Program-made: the position numbers and the translations under genes
Shown: positions 13,367-26,103 of the stretch, one piece after another
Numbering within the stretch: position 1 is the stretch's first letter
Layout of the letters: each line of letters starts with the position of its first letter
Notes under the pieces: generated by a model
Database searches by the model: none
Told to the model about the DNA's origin: nothing
The model's input: the letters and a program-made list of their open reading frames with translations, nothing else
DNA from: Paraspadella gotoi
Lineage: Eukaryota; Animalia; Chaetognatha
Assembly: GCA_051294375.1 (NCBI GenBank)
Contig: CM119266.1
Span: forward strand, 22,077,875-22,141,874
Direction: 5' to 3'
Length of the DNA: 64,000 nt

Positions 13367-16300
13367 ATGGTACGCTCTCTTTTCGCCAATGCGTCAAACT
13401 TGGGAACTCCGCCACCGCGGGCCCCCAACCTGGGACGCGGTCACCGCTCGGCGACGCAGCTTACGGGGGACGCTTCGAGTTCCCCTTCGTCAGGCGAGTC
13501 TCCAAATCTCAAACTGAAATATAAATTTGTATTCCTATCATCTCACCCACCAGGTCATTGCCAGTCACCATAAATTAGTCAAGTTTGTCTGTTTATCGCA
13601 GCTTTTATACAATTATTTCCTTTCAATTTTACATTATTATTTGTTTGACCTTCGGCTTTAATTTCTTCAGGCCGTCGTTGCCAAGTGATTTTGCTTGACG
13701 ACCGTAAGCTCGATTTTTTGCTGCAGCCAAAACTGACGGCGGGGGATCTCCTGGATCTCGTCACTTCACACTTCAACCTGAAAGAGAAGGAATATTTCTC
13801 TCTGGCTTACCGTGACGAGACGGGACATTATGGCTGGTTGCAGGTAGGGTTGAGGTTTACAAAGAAGACTACTTTAAAAATGCCAACGTACAACGACCTC
13901 AGATACAACTGCGATACTACTCGCTCATGTATTACATTGTGAATATTTAAATGTAAAGTCAAAGTGAAGCGGCACAGGTCCACCACTCCGGACGACCGAA
14001 GACAGATTTCATGTTATTTTATTTTCTAATTTTAGAACGACCGTCGAGTGTTGGACCACGATTTTCCGAATCGGCCTCCGGCGACTCTATATCTCTATTT
14101 CCTTGTTCGGTTCTACGTTGAGTCGATCACTCACTTGCAGCACGCCACGACCGTTGAGCTATTTTATCTGCAGGTTGTATTATTATTATTATTATTCCTC
14201 TCTGGTTTTCTGCGATTAGATATTTACACTTTTAATTATTTTTTCCAGGCCAAGTCGACCTTCAGCAAAGGACTGCTGGAATGCGAAGATGAGAAGGCTG
14301 TGCGTCTGTGCGCTCTCGGTCTACAAGTCTCGCTCGGCGATTATCCTTTCGGAGCTGCCGACCAGCATGGGTACGACGCACCCAACTCACGGGTGAGTCT
14401 CCGGACTTGGGTAGAGAGATTTAACTACATCGAGGACTAGGCGATACCCCTCTTAATCTTACGTATTTCCCCTTCCAGATGGCGCTGCTGTCGACGGCGC
14501 TCAATCGGTTGGATCTTCTTCCGCCTTCTTTAACTAACAACCAGAGCCCTAATATCAACGAGCGTCCCTCACCCGCCATGGAAAATGTCTACGCTCACAT
14601 ACTCAGGCTTTATCAGGTAAAAGTTATGGGAGAAAGAAGAAATTGCCCTGGTGCTATGAACTTGGTGAAAATATCGCCGTCCACTTTTTCCTGTACCAGG
14701 GTTTACTTGGTCAGCCACGGGGTCAGGCCATCGTCTCGTTCATGGCTATAGCGGAGTCGTTGCCCACTTACGGGGTCCACTACTACGAAGTCAGGGACAA
14801 GCACGGCACTCCATGGTGGCTCGGTCTTTCCCCACAAGGCATCGCTGTTTATCCACATCACGACAGGTAGCACAGTGACCAGCGTCCACCGTCACTTCCT
14901 TTTTCACGTCACGTTCACGTCACGTCTTGATTTTTTGTCCTCAGACGGAATCCTCGACGCATGTACCAATGGAGGCAACTCGAGAACCTTTACTTCCGGG
15001 AAAAGAAATTTTCAGTGGAGATTCACGATCAGAGAAGAAGTAATGCCCAGAATCAAGGTAGCAGATAGTTTGTCCCGTCTTGCATGTTTATAGTGTAAAA
15101 CCTCTTTATTTTAATTACGAATACATATATGTTGGAGTTTTCGTTTTTCTTTGTCATAAATTATACAATTATACAACATTATATTTCATCTTGACAATTT
15201 AGGAAGCAAAGGCGGGAGTCGCACTTTCGGCCCATCCAACGTTAACGTTCACGTTTGGTTCGCAGCCACTCCCACCTTGTGCAAGACCATTTGGTCTATG
15301 GCTATTTGTCAACATCAGTTTTATCTGGACCGTAAAACATCAAAAGTAAAGAACTTATCTTGTTAGGTTGCTGTTAAATCCAATCACTCTTAAATTCCAA
15401 ACTTATCCTTTTTCTTAATCAGTCTCAATTAAACAACGTTCGGAGTCTCAACGCAATCGCCGCAGAATTGTCACAATCTTCCCTCTCCCTAGCCTCGTCA
15501 GGCGGCTCCGGAGAGCGGAGTGGCGACGTGAGTCATGATTCCAGCGCTAATAACGAGAAATCTAACGTAGCCGAGGAACTTTTGAAGAAGGTTGTTACCC
15601 GTGAAAATGTGTACATCGAAAAAGAATTACGCGTTTTTCTATTCGTTTTCTGCCTGATCCATTTTCAGGGCGCGCTTCCCCGCTCGTGCAGCACCAACTC
15701 TCTCCCCGGATCTGTCAACATTTGTCCCGAAGAGACGGAAGCGTCCTCAGAGGCCAGACGAGACATGCACGCGGCTCTTAAGGCCAGGAAGGTCGCCCTG
15801 GAGGAATCTCTCAAAAGAAAGATGGAAGAACTCAAGAAATATTGCATCCAGGTATGAGTTTATATTAATTTTTCGAGAGTAATGCCAATTATGTGAATAA
15901 ATATCAAAAGGAAGAACTTATGGCAACGGGGAGACATGTGTGAGGCCCGGGGTGTGAGGCATCTCCCGTCAGCTGGCGCTCAGGGCTTTGGACCTGAGGT
16001 GACCACCCCATGTCACTGGCGTGTTTATGCCGATACCATCACACTTTAAACATTGTGACCTAGTGGGGATTGAACCCGGGACTCACGGTTGGTGAACGAG
16101 TACTTCGCTGTCCAAGCCAATGGGACGAGCTGAGTTTCACCTAGCTATACGGGAGGCGAATTTAGGATTCGCAAACAACTAACATTTTCTCCCATTTAAA
16201 ATTTATAAATGAAATGATGACAAGAAACTAACCTAAAAACTTCGTACGATTTCTGCTTCTCTTGTAAGTCAATTTTGATTTTCAGGAAGCCGAAATCACC

Positions 16301-19300
16301 GGTCAGATTCCAGTGGAGATTTCACAGGCTTTGGGACCCGGGGAGGAGATGCCCCCGATCCGACGTCGAGTCGGCACCGCTTATGCCATCAACGAGCGAA
16401 TCCTCAAGGACGACGACGAAGATGACGACGACAATGCCCACGCGGCTCAGGTATGATCCGTGTGAATTCATTTAACTGATCTGTGATATAACCTCATCGA
16501 TTTTTTTCATCTTTTTCAGGAAAAGGCCATTACGGAGTTGGAATTGCAATACGAGATTCAGAAACAGATCACCAACGCGGCCTTACGACTTGCGTCCGAC
16601 CCGACGGCGCGTCGAGCTGTTCGCAATCAACATAGGAACGCGTACGAAAAGGCTTGCAAAAAACTCAAGGAAATCGAACACTCTCTAAACGATCTGAAAA
16701 AGGTTAGTTCGTTAATAATAACAATTTTCTTTCTATTTCACATAAAATTAATTTTTTTTTTTTTAAACTTTTTTCTTTTCAGTCGCTCGGCAAAACATTA
16801 GCCCGAAAGGATTCTTACGACGAATTGGACGACGAGGCTGGAATAGACGCTGAAAACGAAACGTCGACACCCCCACTCCCGCCGCCGCCACCGCCTCCAC
16901 AATCGCAACCCCCGTCGGGCGTTAATTTCGACAACAACAACCAAAATATCGATGTTGTCGACTACGACGAGAGAAAATCGAGGTAATTTTTTTCCTTCTG
17001 TTAATTGATATTATGGCAACAGCCGGGTTGCCTGTGATGCCCATTGTGTTGGGGCATCTCACTGTTGGCTTTGGGGGCTTCCGACCCTCAGTGACGCCTC
17101 CAGTCACTGGCGCGGTTACCCTAGGACGGTCTCGCTTTGCCAACGCAGAGGGAAGTCGTTAGGACTGTGGATGGAACACTACGCCTGGGATGGTGTTTTC
17201 CCCCTCTGAGCCAATGGATTTGGCTGAAGGATGGTGGACGTGAGGCGGTGTAAATATACCGCCACAATATTATATTTATTTTCCCCTTTTTCACTTTTGC
17301 CAGACGTAAAAGTGGTGACAGCACTGGAGCCGAATTTAAAGCTACATTCTCTGCTGTAGAAAATCATCAATTGGGGCCTTATCAATCGGAGGTGAGATAA
17401 ATTATTATTTTTTAAATCGATCGGATATTTCTGGATTCTTTTATCTCGCAGGTGCCCTTGGGTCCGGAGCATCAGTATCCTGGCCAAATGAATTCTAGTC
17501 CTTCACTTTCTTCGGCCAACAACAATGCTTCTTATTCCACGCAAAATCAAGGTAAATTTATTGTACGTAGTTGGATGGCGACAGTGTTGAGAACTTCAGA
17601 TGGTTGTTTAAAAAAAATATTCTCGGAATCTCGGGGCGGTCTCTTGGTAATAGAGAAAATTGTTGGACTCATTTCAGGTTTGGTGAAGCAATGTTCCGCC
17701 CCGGCTCTGAGTTCCAACGCTCTCGGCGGAAGAAAAGCGCCGCCTCCTCTGCTGCAGCCATTCCCCGAAGACGAATCCGAAGAAGCGAGCGAAAAGGCGA
17801 TGCCTCAAGGTCCTTCATCTTTCCAATTGTTTCTTTGTCAACGTAATCAGATTCGTTTTCAACCATACTTACCTTACCTCATCCCCTTCCAGAAAGTCTA
17901 AATCTTTCTTTGGACACGGTGGATGTCATCGATCTCTCACTCAATTCGTCGTCGACCAATCACAAACCGGGTCACCCTTCGCCCTCAAAGCTTGTTACGT
18001 CGCAGCCATATCAACAACAACAACAACAACCGGTTCACCCACCTTCGTCGCACAAACTCGCTCCCGCTTCCAACAATGAGATGGTCGCGCCTTTTTCTTC
18101 TACGCACGTGACGTTGCGGCAATCCAGCAACCATGAGATATCCGATACCGTCAGGTTCGCCATTGAAAATTATTAATTGGGGATGACAAACGTTACAGTT
18201 CATTATAAATGGGACTTCTTTCGTTCGCGATAGAGCGCTACTCGTTGATCCGCCGACACCGTCTTCATTGATGCCGTTGACGCCGCCCGCGATGTCCACG
18301 GGAATCCACCATCGCTTCCCTACTTCGGTCATGCATCAGAGCCTTACCGGCGCCGGGGTCGGCGGCGGCGCAACTTCCGCGCCGCTGCAGCAGCTCCTGT
18401 ACGGCGCCGCAGTCGGTCAGTACGACTGTGGCAGCCGCACCCGCGCCAGTCTGGCGCAGGCCGCCGACGGAAGCCTTGATGAAACCATGGCGCGACAAAT
18501 CGAAATGCTCTCCGTGGACGACAGTTCTTCCAGCGCCTCTTCTGGTCAAAGAGACGACGTCGCCTCGCTGGTTTCCTCATCTTCCGACGGTACATTTATT
18601 TATCAGTGGCGTCCTCAAAATTCCGCAATTCGACCACGTTTTTGAACCGGCCATCTTTTATTCCCAAGTTCCAGATGGAGGTAATCACATGGCGCCCCTC
18701 TCGTCGACAGCCCCAAATTCCTCTCATGATCCCCCGACTCCGCAAGTTGCTGTGACCATCACGAGAGGGGCGTGTCTACCTCCGGCCGCCTCAGCCGTTA
18801 CGTTGCAGCCGACCATTGCCGGCCCAGGGGGTCACCAGGGGAGCAACGTCGGCATACCGGTGCTCCATAGTCGGGTGCCTCAACAAGGGGTAAACGTCTC
18901 TTTTACTCGTTTTACTTCATCAGAGAATTTTCATTATACTTTTTATTTGATAGGCCGCATTTAGCCACGGCGAGACCACCTTGGATAGATTTCACAGACA
19001 AGCGACCTCAGGATCTGCTCAGTTTTACTCTCAACCCGCTGTTCGTTCGCAACCTCCTCGCAGGTAAATTTTTCGCGTTTTAAATAATCGAAAATAGATG
19101 AGCTTTTTCTATCAAATGATAAAAAAAAATTTTCAGTGCCACTATCGAACTTCCCGTGGAGCACGTTCCACACACGCGCACTTCGCCACGTCCTGCGTCT
19201 TCTCATCACAGTGGGGGTGGCGTGGCTATCGCGGTTTCGATTCAATCTCAGCATCAGTTAAATCAAGTTCCACCGCACCAACTGCAACAGCTGCAGCAGC

Positions 19301-22300
19301 AGTACATGCAACATCAATATCAGCAGCAACTGCAAGCCGGGGATCGAAGGAGCTACTCCTCGAACCATTCTTCGTCCAGCGAACGATCCGCCAACAACAA
19401 CGCCGCGGCGGCAATAGCTAACCCAGCGTTCTTGGCTCCACCCGGAAACGTGACCCCACTCAGCGCCAGTAGGCAGTATAGAAGGTAATTTAGATCATTT
19501 TTTTAAATAATTGATTACAAAGGTAGTACAAAGGTTGCGCATGTTTTCATCCGCGCATCATGTAAAATGCTTGGCAAATGTTTAGCAAATTTTTCATAAT
19601 GCGGTGATAAAGACTGCCAATTTAAAAATAGTCGAACATTTTTTTCTAAATAAAAAGTTTTTCTCCCTAAATAAAAGAAGTGTAATTTTTCAGAGTTATC
19701 TCTTCGGAGGCGGCTGAGAGCGTAGCGGAAAGACTTGCTCGTCTCTCATCATCGATCCAGGAATTACAAAAGGACGTCACTGACGCTCAAAAGGTGAGTC
19801 ATATCAATTCAAGAGTCTCAGGGCTAGATCTAATTGCATATTTAGTTACTGTGCTATAACTATTCCGTCATTTCGTTTTATTTCTTGTCGATTGTCGTTA
19901 AAAATCGTTCGTTCTGTGCTAATGCATGATTGAAGTAAAAATATGAACTTACGTAAGAGCTCGTGTTGCAAAGAGTTCGTAGCGGTTGCACCCTTCTTGA
20001 CGGTTGTGGCTTTTCTTTGTTATTTTCCCGATTTGCAACAATGGAAATTAATCGGTGAAATAAATATAGAAGAAGACGAGAAAGCCAAGTAAGAGGCAAG
20101 ACATCATTTCTATCTTTTTATTTTTGATTGTTAGTATTTTCTCAGAGAAAAAATGCACAACTTGATCGTTAGAAACCTATTCCGGTCGCCATTATTGTTT
20201 CCTTTAGACAAGGTTGCCCAAAAAGTCAGGTCAGTGATTTAATATGAAAACTAAGAAGCTTCGAATTTGAGTTTTGTATTTTTTAATATCAATGCTGGCG
20301 CAAGCCAGGATTAAAATCCCAGAGACGGCCGAATACCCATTCGATTTACAAATTGGCTCTTTACTCTGCGCCATGATCTCCATATTCGCCATTCCTATGA
20401 TGAATACCAATTACCGTTTCCTGAGATTGGTCGGCGTGGGGATGTTTATCTTGCGGCAGATCGTCCAAGACGCCACCACGGGTCCTTTTATCGAACTCTA
20501 TCGGAATCATCTTCGTAAATTTTCGATGGCCTCTCACCATCACGATTTAAGCAGTTTGGACGTCATGGAAGTATTTGTTGAGGGGATCGCCCTATTAATT
20601 ATCTTGATCATTGTGCAATCGAGAGATGGAGCGTACGAGAAGGTTCACGAGTGGGGAAGGGAAGAAAGGCCCTAATACATACAGAAGAATACATTTAGAA
20701 GACAAAATATGTACCAACTAATATATTTTGTAATATTCGCTATAACAGGATGCGCGTCGTTCGTTTACAATGACTCTTGCTGATTTTCACTGGCGGTTTT
20801 TCATTATGGGGATTATACAGTTTTTTCTTTGGGCCGAATGTACGACGATTTACGGGAAGGCCCTCGATATGTTCAGTCTTGTTTCTACGGAAAATCGGAA
20901 AGCTTTAGTATCTCCTTTGTTTTTCGTCGTTTGTCATACTTGGTAAAGAAATTCATTTTAATCAAATGCAAGACGAAAAGAATTGTGTTCTACGTTTGCT
21001 CCGCAGGCAATTGTTGGACCCTGAACTTACCATTTTAGCTTTGGCTTTCTACGTGGGAACGAAAAATATACCCAAGTTGAAATTCTGGCTTTACGTGCTC
21101 CTGTTTCTAAATTTCCTCGCTGTCACTTTAACTTTGACACATTTACAAATCATGTTCAATAAAAAATAATTAAAAATATTATTACAAAAATTATTTTTCT
21201 TTCTCCTCAAGACGGATTTTTCCTTCTATGTTAAGAAAACCTTTATCTTTGATTCTTTGCGTTCTTTAATCACCGCTAGGTACGATTACTGACATCCGGC
21301 TTTGCGATTTCCCCCTCGCGGCCTCAAACGCCTCGCGGAACCGACGGGGGTTCAGGCTTCAGTGTACCGCTTTCGTTGCCGCCGGGTCACGATCGCCCCG
21401 TCGTGAACCCTGCGATCAGTCCCCGTGGTCCGCAGAGAGGCGTGGTGGGCTACGCCACCGTTCAGGTACGAATGCGAAAGAAAAAGTATAATTTTTAGAT
21501 TTTTTTTTCGAGCTTCATCCTTCTATTTTCCATGTAGAGTCTTGGAACGCCCCATTCCTCGTCCACTGGACAGGCCGGCGGAGAAAATTTTCAGCCGTTC
21601 AAGGAGACCTCGAAGCCCTTCGAGATGGCAGATGTCTATAAGTACAGGTACAATAAACACTCCAATAAATATATTTTATTCCTTCGTTCAATGGTGATTT
21701 TGTTGACATCGTAATAATAAAATTCGAACGCTCTCTTGCTTTTTCATTTCTGCTGCCCTTCGCCTCTGAATATTTTACTCTAATCGCACGGATGTGATTT
21801 TGTTTCGTTTTTTACTTATCGCCCTTCGTTTAGTTTTGGCTGTCAAGACGGAAACATAAGGTTGGTCTTTACTATCCCAACCCATCATTTTCCACTAATT
21901 TAGACCGCACACTTTTTAACGAATTTGCTGTGTCTTCCTGTTGTCATGGCTTTTACGACTAAAAAAGAACTGTTCTTTTTAAGATGCTTCTCCCTCATGT
22001 CATGTTTATATTTATATATATATATATTATATATATTATATTATATATATTTATATACAAAATTTTTAAACGATATATAATAATTAGTTTTTAAAAATAT
22101 AGGACCCCTATTCCCTAAATAGAAAAATAACCCATTTGGAGTACAAAAGATCAGTTTTGTATCAGGTTCTACCGTCGCAATTTTATAACGGACCTTGCTG
22201 TTTTGTTTTGCGGCCATAGCTTTCAATCCGAAGCGATCCTGACAACCCCATATTTAGCGTAGAAAAAGAATGCAGTTAACCAGTCTCGTCCCACCGTGCA

Positions 22301-24390
22301 TTTACTAATTGGGTTTACAAAAATGTCATGTCATTACATCATCCTTTAAAACCAGCTCGAGATTTCGCCCGGGTCCAACGTCTCCGTCCGTGGCGGCGAT
22401 TGGAGCGGGAGGCGGATCGTCGGCCCCAAGAACTACCGCCAATCATCGAGGCGCGTCGGCGCCACCGGAGCGCAAGAATCCTCAAACACAAGCGCCGCCT
22501 CCTGATCGAAAAGCCCACGTCGGAGTGCCACTGACGGCTCCCGGTCTATCAGGCAGCGCCGACGCTACCGGTGCAACAACTACCATCAGGGTGGGCGGTA
22601 GCAGCGGCAACAACCCAACTGCGTGAGTCTTGCACCGTCGAAACATTCGGAATAAAACCGATTCTCATTTTATAATTTCTTCCCTAGTTATGCGTTCTCT
22701 CACGCGGCGCCGACTCATTACGACTCGACGACCATGTCCACGGCGCCCATTCGACGACTTCGTGATCCTAGCGCCGGAACGCCAACTCTAAGCGGGGCAG
22801 CTAATGTGAGAAGTGGTCCGCAATCATCGGGTGAGACGTTACGTATTTATTGATTATCACGATTTTCTTATTTACTTCACATTAATTTAATAAGATTTCA
22901 TTTAGACGTATAAATAAATTAATAAAACAAAACAGGTGTCGTAAACGGAGGGTCGAATCACAGAAGAGCCGGTACCAAAGGATCACAACAAGTAATAATA
23001 GAGTAGTATTGAATCTGGCGGTGTTCTTAGTAAATCTTACCCTGCGGACGATTAATGCTTCTATTATTATTACTCCGTTTCAGGCGAATCTGGCCCGACT
23101 GACTTCGGCTCCCGTCGTTTCTGCTCAGTCGAATCCTAACGTCGATGTCGGTCCTTCCAGACCAACCACCCAAGGTAAAGCCTTTTTTTAAAACAAATTA
23201 AAAATAAAATATTCAGCGAGACCGCTTGGGTGCAATTTTAGACTTTTATCGAGTAAATCAGTCGTTTGCATTAGCGACCGGATAAATTAAACTTGTCCCT
23301 CCATTGTATGTTTTTGCAGATGATACGTGGGTATAATCGTGACACTTTCCTGGTATATCAGTTCCATATTCACAAATTGTAATTAATCGTTTTAGTTCCG
23401 TTATTAAATCGTTTTGTCTTCCTCTCTCCCGCCAATAAATTAAGAGCGCACTTAAATATGTCACGACCACTGGTCGCGGGTGAAGGTCTATGACGTACTT
23501 TTTCCTATCCTTTTCACGTTAGCAAATCTATAACAAATTTTTTTTCCGGTTGAGGATCCTTTAATGATACTTTCCAGCAGGGACGGTGAGTTAACGATTC
23601 CTGCCGACTTTCTAATCCATTTTCCTCCTTTGTGATTTCGCTACAAACATCGGTTGACGGAATCATTAAGCTATAGTTTCTTGTTGTTCATAGGAATCGG
23701 TTATTATCGTTTATCCATTAAGCTCTCGTCTTTTAATAGCGCACCTTCTTGGACACCCTTCCCTCTGTTTTAGTCGCCTACCCTACCCCAAACGCTCCCT
23801 TCAACGGCGTCGCCCCTTCGTCTCGACCTCAACCGTCAAGCGCCAACGAAACCCAACGTAGCGGCATCCCCAAACGTAATCCGAACCTTCCTCCCAACGA
23901 ACAAGGGCTATTTCCGCAAGGGGCAGTTTTGCCCAGGTTCATTTCAAATTCGGTTCTTTTCTCTTCAAAATATTTCATTGTTAATTTCTCCCTCTATCAC
24001 TCGTACTCTAGGTCGCCGGCCATGATGCAACTGGGAACCCCGGCGTCTTTGCCCAATGGGATTTCGTCGTCAACGCCCCCAGCGCCGCCCGCGTCAAACT
24101 CGTCCCTGGATTCCTTTGCCGCTGCCGCTTCTTCCGGTCATCACGGGTAAAACGTGAAATATTGATTGAAATGTGATATTCAATTTTTAGAACAATCGTT
24201 CATAGTTTTCTTTTTGTCCTGTAATTTTAGAGGCGTCCCTTGTTCGAACATGGCCCCCGTGATGACGACGACCTTCTCCGACGAGATGATCGCCTGGTAC
24301 GCGGACCGCGAGAACCAAGGGGTCGTTGTCGATGACGAGTCAGGCCGTTCCACGCGAGACGAAGCCAATAAGCAAGCCACACTGGTGTAG
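13367..24390 (+). CDS. FRMD4: FERM domain-containing protein 4 (FRMD4A/FRMD4B family; FERM plus cytohesin-binding CUPID coiled coil), about 30 exons
   Basis: Exons translate to GRRCQVILLDDRKLDFLLQPKL..VTSHFNLKEKEYF (13671-13843), DRRVLDHDFP..VRFYVESI (14036-14173), RGQAIVSFMAIAESLPTYGVHYYEVRDKHGTPWWLGLS (14700-14865), QWRQLENLYFREKKFSVEIHD, IWSMAICQHQFYLDRK and LKKYCIQ|EAEITG..GEEMPPIRRRVGTAY. These closely match FRMD4A/B as I recall them. C-terminal exons carry KPFEMADVYKYS (~21615-21648) and FSDEMIAWY and end in ATLV*. Boundaries of the middle low-complexity exons were not all verified. Confidence 0.92.
15922..16176 (-). mobile_element. Pol III (tRNA-box) SINE-like element carrying a twister ribozyme; FRMD4 intron, antisense to host
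   Basis: On the minus strand: 5' hairpin GCGAAT-CCTAA-ATTCGC, A-box-like TGGCTTGGACAGCG, B box GGGTTCAATCCC, twister core, then a 3' hairpin ending GTTGCC. Degraded flanking repeat AACTTAT/AACTAAC. Confidence 0.8.
15979..16044 (-). ncRNA. Twister ribozyme, type-P5 permutation (core)
   Basis: RNA: GUGU GA UGG UAUCGGCA UAA ACAC GCC A GUGAC-AUGGGGUG-GUCAC CUCAGG UCCAAAGC CCUGAG. P2 GUGU/ACAC, P3 GUGAC/GUCAC, P4 CUCAGG/CCUGAG, pseudoknot UGG/CCA, and GC of GCC with GC of AAGC. Predicted U^A cut between 16027 and 16026. P1 and P5 are weak. Confidence 0.8.
17015..17266 (-). mobile_element. 252-bp SINE-like twister element; FRMD4 intron, antisense to host
   Basis: Flanked by a perfect 7-bp direct repeat ATATTAT (17008-17014 / 17267-17273). 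5' hairpin GGCGGT..ACCGCC, A box TGGCTCAGAGG, degenerate B box GTGTTCCATCC. Same length as 29061-29312, with roughly 14 substitutions by eye. Confidence 0.88.
17064..17144 (-). ncRNA. Twister ribozyme, type-P5 permutation
   Basis: RNA: GUUGGC AAA GCGA GA CCG UCCUAGGG UAA CCGC GCC AGUGAC-UGGAGGC-GUCACU GAGGG UCGGAAGC CCCC AAA GCCAAC. P5 GUUGGC/GCCAAC, P2 GCG/CGC, P1 UCC/GGG, P3 6 bp, P4 GGG/CCC, pseudoknot CCG/CGG. Predicted cut between 17118 and 17117. Confidence 0.85.
20292..21169 (+). CDS. Nested 3-exon gene encoding a ~235-aa multi-pass membrane protein of unknown family
   Basis: Exons 20292-20642, 20749-20942 and 21007-21169 join in frame through GT-AG introns (phase 0, then phase 2). 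Hydrophobic stretches: IGSLLCAMISIFAIPMM, LVGVGMFIL, VFVEGIALLIILIIV, FFIMGIIQFFLW, LVSPLFFVVC, LTILALAFYV, FWLYVLLFLNFLAVTLTL. The start codon is uncertain. Confidence 0.6.
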
Positions 24391-26103
24391 TTAGCAAATT
24401 TACAGTTATTAGTTATTTTAAAATTATCGATTTGCGCAATTTTCACCGATAATGATATTATTACCACTTTTGTAATTTGGCTCTCTCGCTGTCTCTCACT
24501 CACGCATAGATCGGTTCGGGCGCACAATCCTTTCCAGTATGATTTTAACTCCCTTGCGGAGGCACCCCTGCCCTCTTATGCCCTTCGTCTTATAATTCTC
24601 CCTTCTTTAACCCCCGGAAACGATCGCCCGTGTTTCGAACAACTTTTCCACCTCTTTACTAGGCGCGATCGATCCACCTTTCACTGTAAATTAAGCCTTT
24701 TCGTGAGTCATGAGGCTTTTGAACTCTTTTTCACCGCTGTGATCATTTTTACACGCACCCTCTCCCCCATACTTTTTCGACGATTTTTTTTCACTCGTAT
24801 AATTTGTACAGAAAACTTAAGCAATCATCCTTTGGTGGAAGAGAGGCTATTTTGTCTCTTTGGGCTCGACACGTCACGTCGGGGAAGGGCTTTGCTTCTT
24901 TTTTCTATTTTTAGCCCCGTTGTCAATAGACTCTTTTCGCCTTTCGGTCGCCAACTTTTTTTCCTCTCACTTACTATTATAACTTGCGTCGATTTTTTTT
25001 CCAGTTTAACTCGTTTTTTTCGAAACAACCCCCCATGTAATTTATCTTGCTTTTGTCAAGGGCAAAGCACTTGTAAAGCTTTTTGCTGGCATAATTTGGT
25101 TTAATAATTCATTGGTCGCGTCATGGTTCTTGTCTTTATTTTGGAGATTTGTGAATCTATCTTGGCTGCTTTTAATAATCTTGGACTTTATGTTTGACGT
25201 TACAATAAATAATACGTTTTAATTTTATATAGACGCGCGATTTTTTTAGCCTTCCCCCACTTTTCCTATGAAAATTTGCAAAATTACTTGTTTTACACTA
25301 TCTTATATTTTTATATTTTATAAATGTTTTACTATTTGATCTATATTATTTAATTATATATATTACTTTTTTTTTAAATTGTTTGCTTATTATATCTAAT
25401 AACTCATTTTATAGAGGGAGCATCTATACAACACAAGGTTAGACTACAATCTGTCCTAATTTGCTAATAGATATCACACATCATTCCTGTTAGAAAGTCA
25501 TTGATGATTATCTATATTATTAGTACGTCGAGATTGAGCTCCACCGTTTTTGATTATTGTCGGTAGCGTTGCACCCATAGTTTTCCTAGTAGGTAAAAGT
25601 AGAGGTTATAGTCAAGGTATTTATATGATTATCAGTGGTTCTATTTGATCACTTTTATAACGTTTTTTGACACTAGAAAACCTACGTTAAATTTTGTATT
25701 GGAAGTCGGTGTTGGTTTCGTATCAGTTTTAACCTACTCTTTCTCAAGATAAAATTTTCAATCGTTGATTTTTTTTTTCTGCGTCTAATATTGTTTTTTT
25801 TCGACGTCTGTTGTAATTCATTTGTTTCGGTCGTAACTATTACATACAAATACAAATGATCGAACCAGTGAATTGCTGTTGCTTACGGCCTTATCCTTCT
25901 TTTAGTCACTGATTTCTGAGATCTATTTTTAGTTATTAGTTAGAAAATCAGCCTTAGTTTGGATAATACAAATGTCTGTAATTAAAAAAACACGGATGGA
26001 ATACAAACACGAGAGCAAAAGGTAAAACTGGATTGAAATATCATACTAATAATTTAATAAACATAACATTGCGCCATGCCGCGCCAACAATTATTTTTTT
26101 TTT

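Noticed and set aside
16060-16125. Possible tRNA gene on the minus strand (also 31270-31330)
   Set aside because: A and B boxes are present, but no convincing cloverleaf or acceptor stem; they are the heads of SINE-like elements.
21280-21465. GC-rich hairpin-forming stretch resembling a structured RNA
   Set aside because: Explained as an in-frame 62-codon FRMD4 exon.
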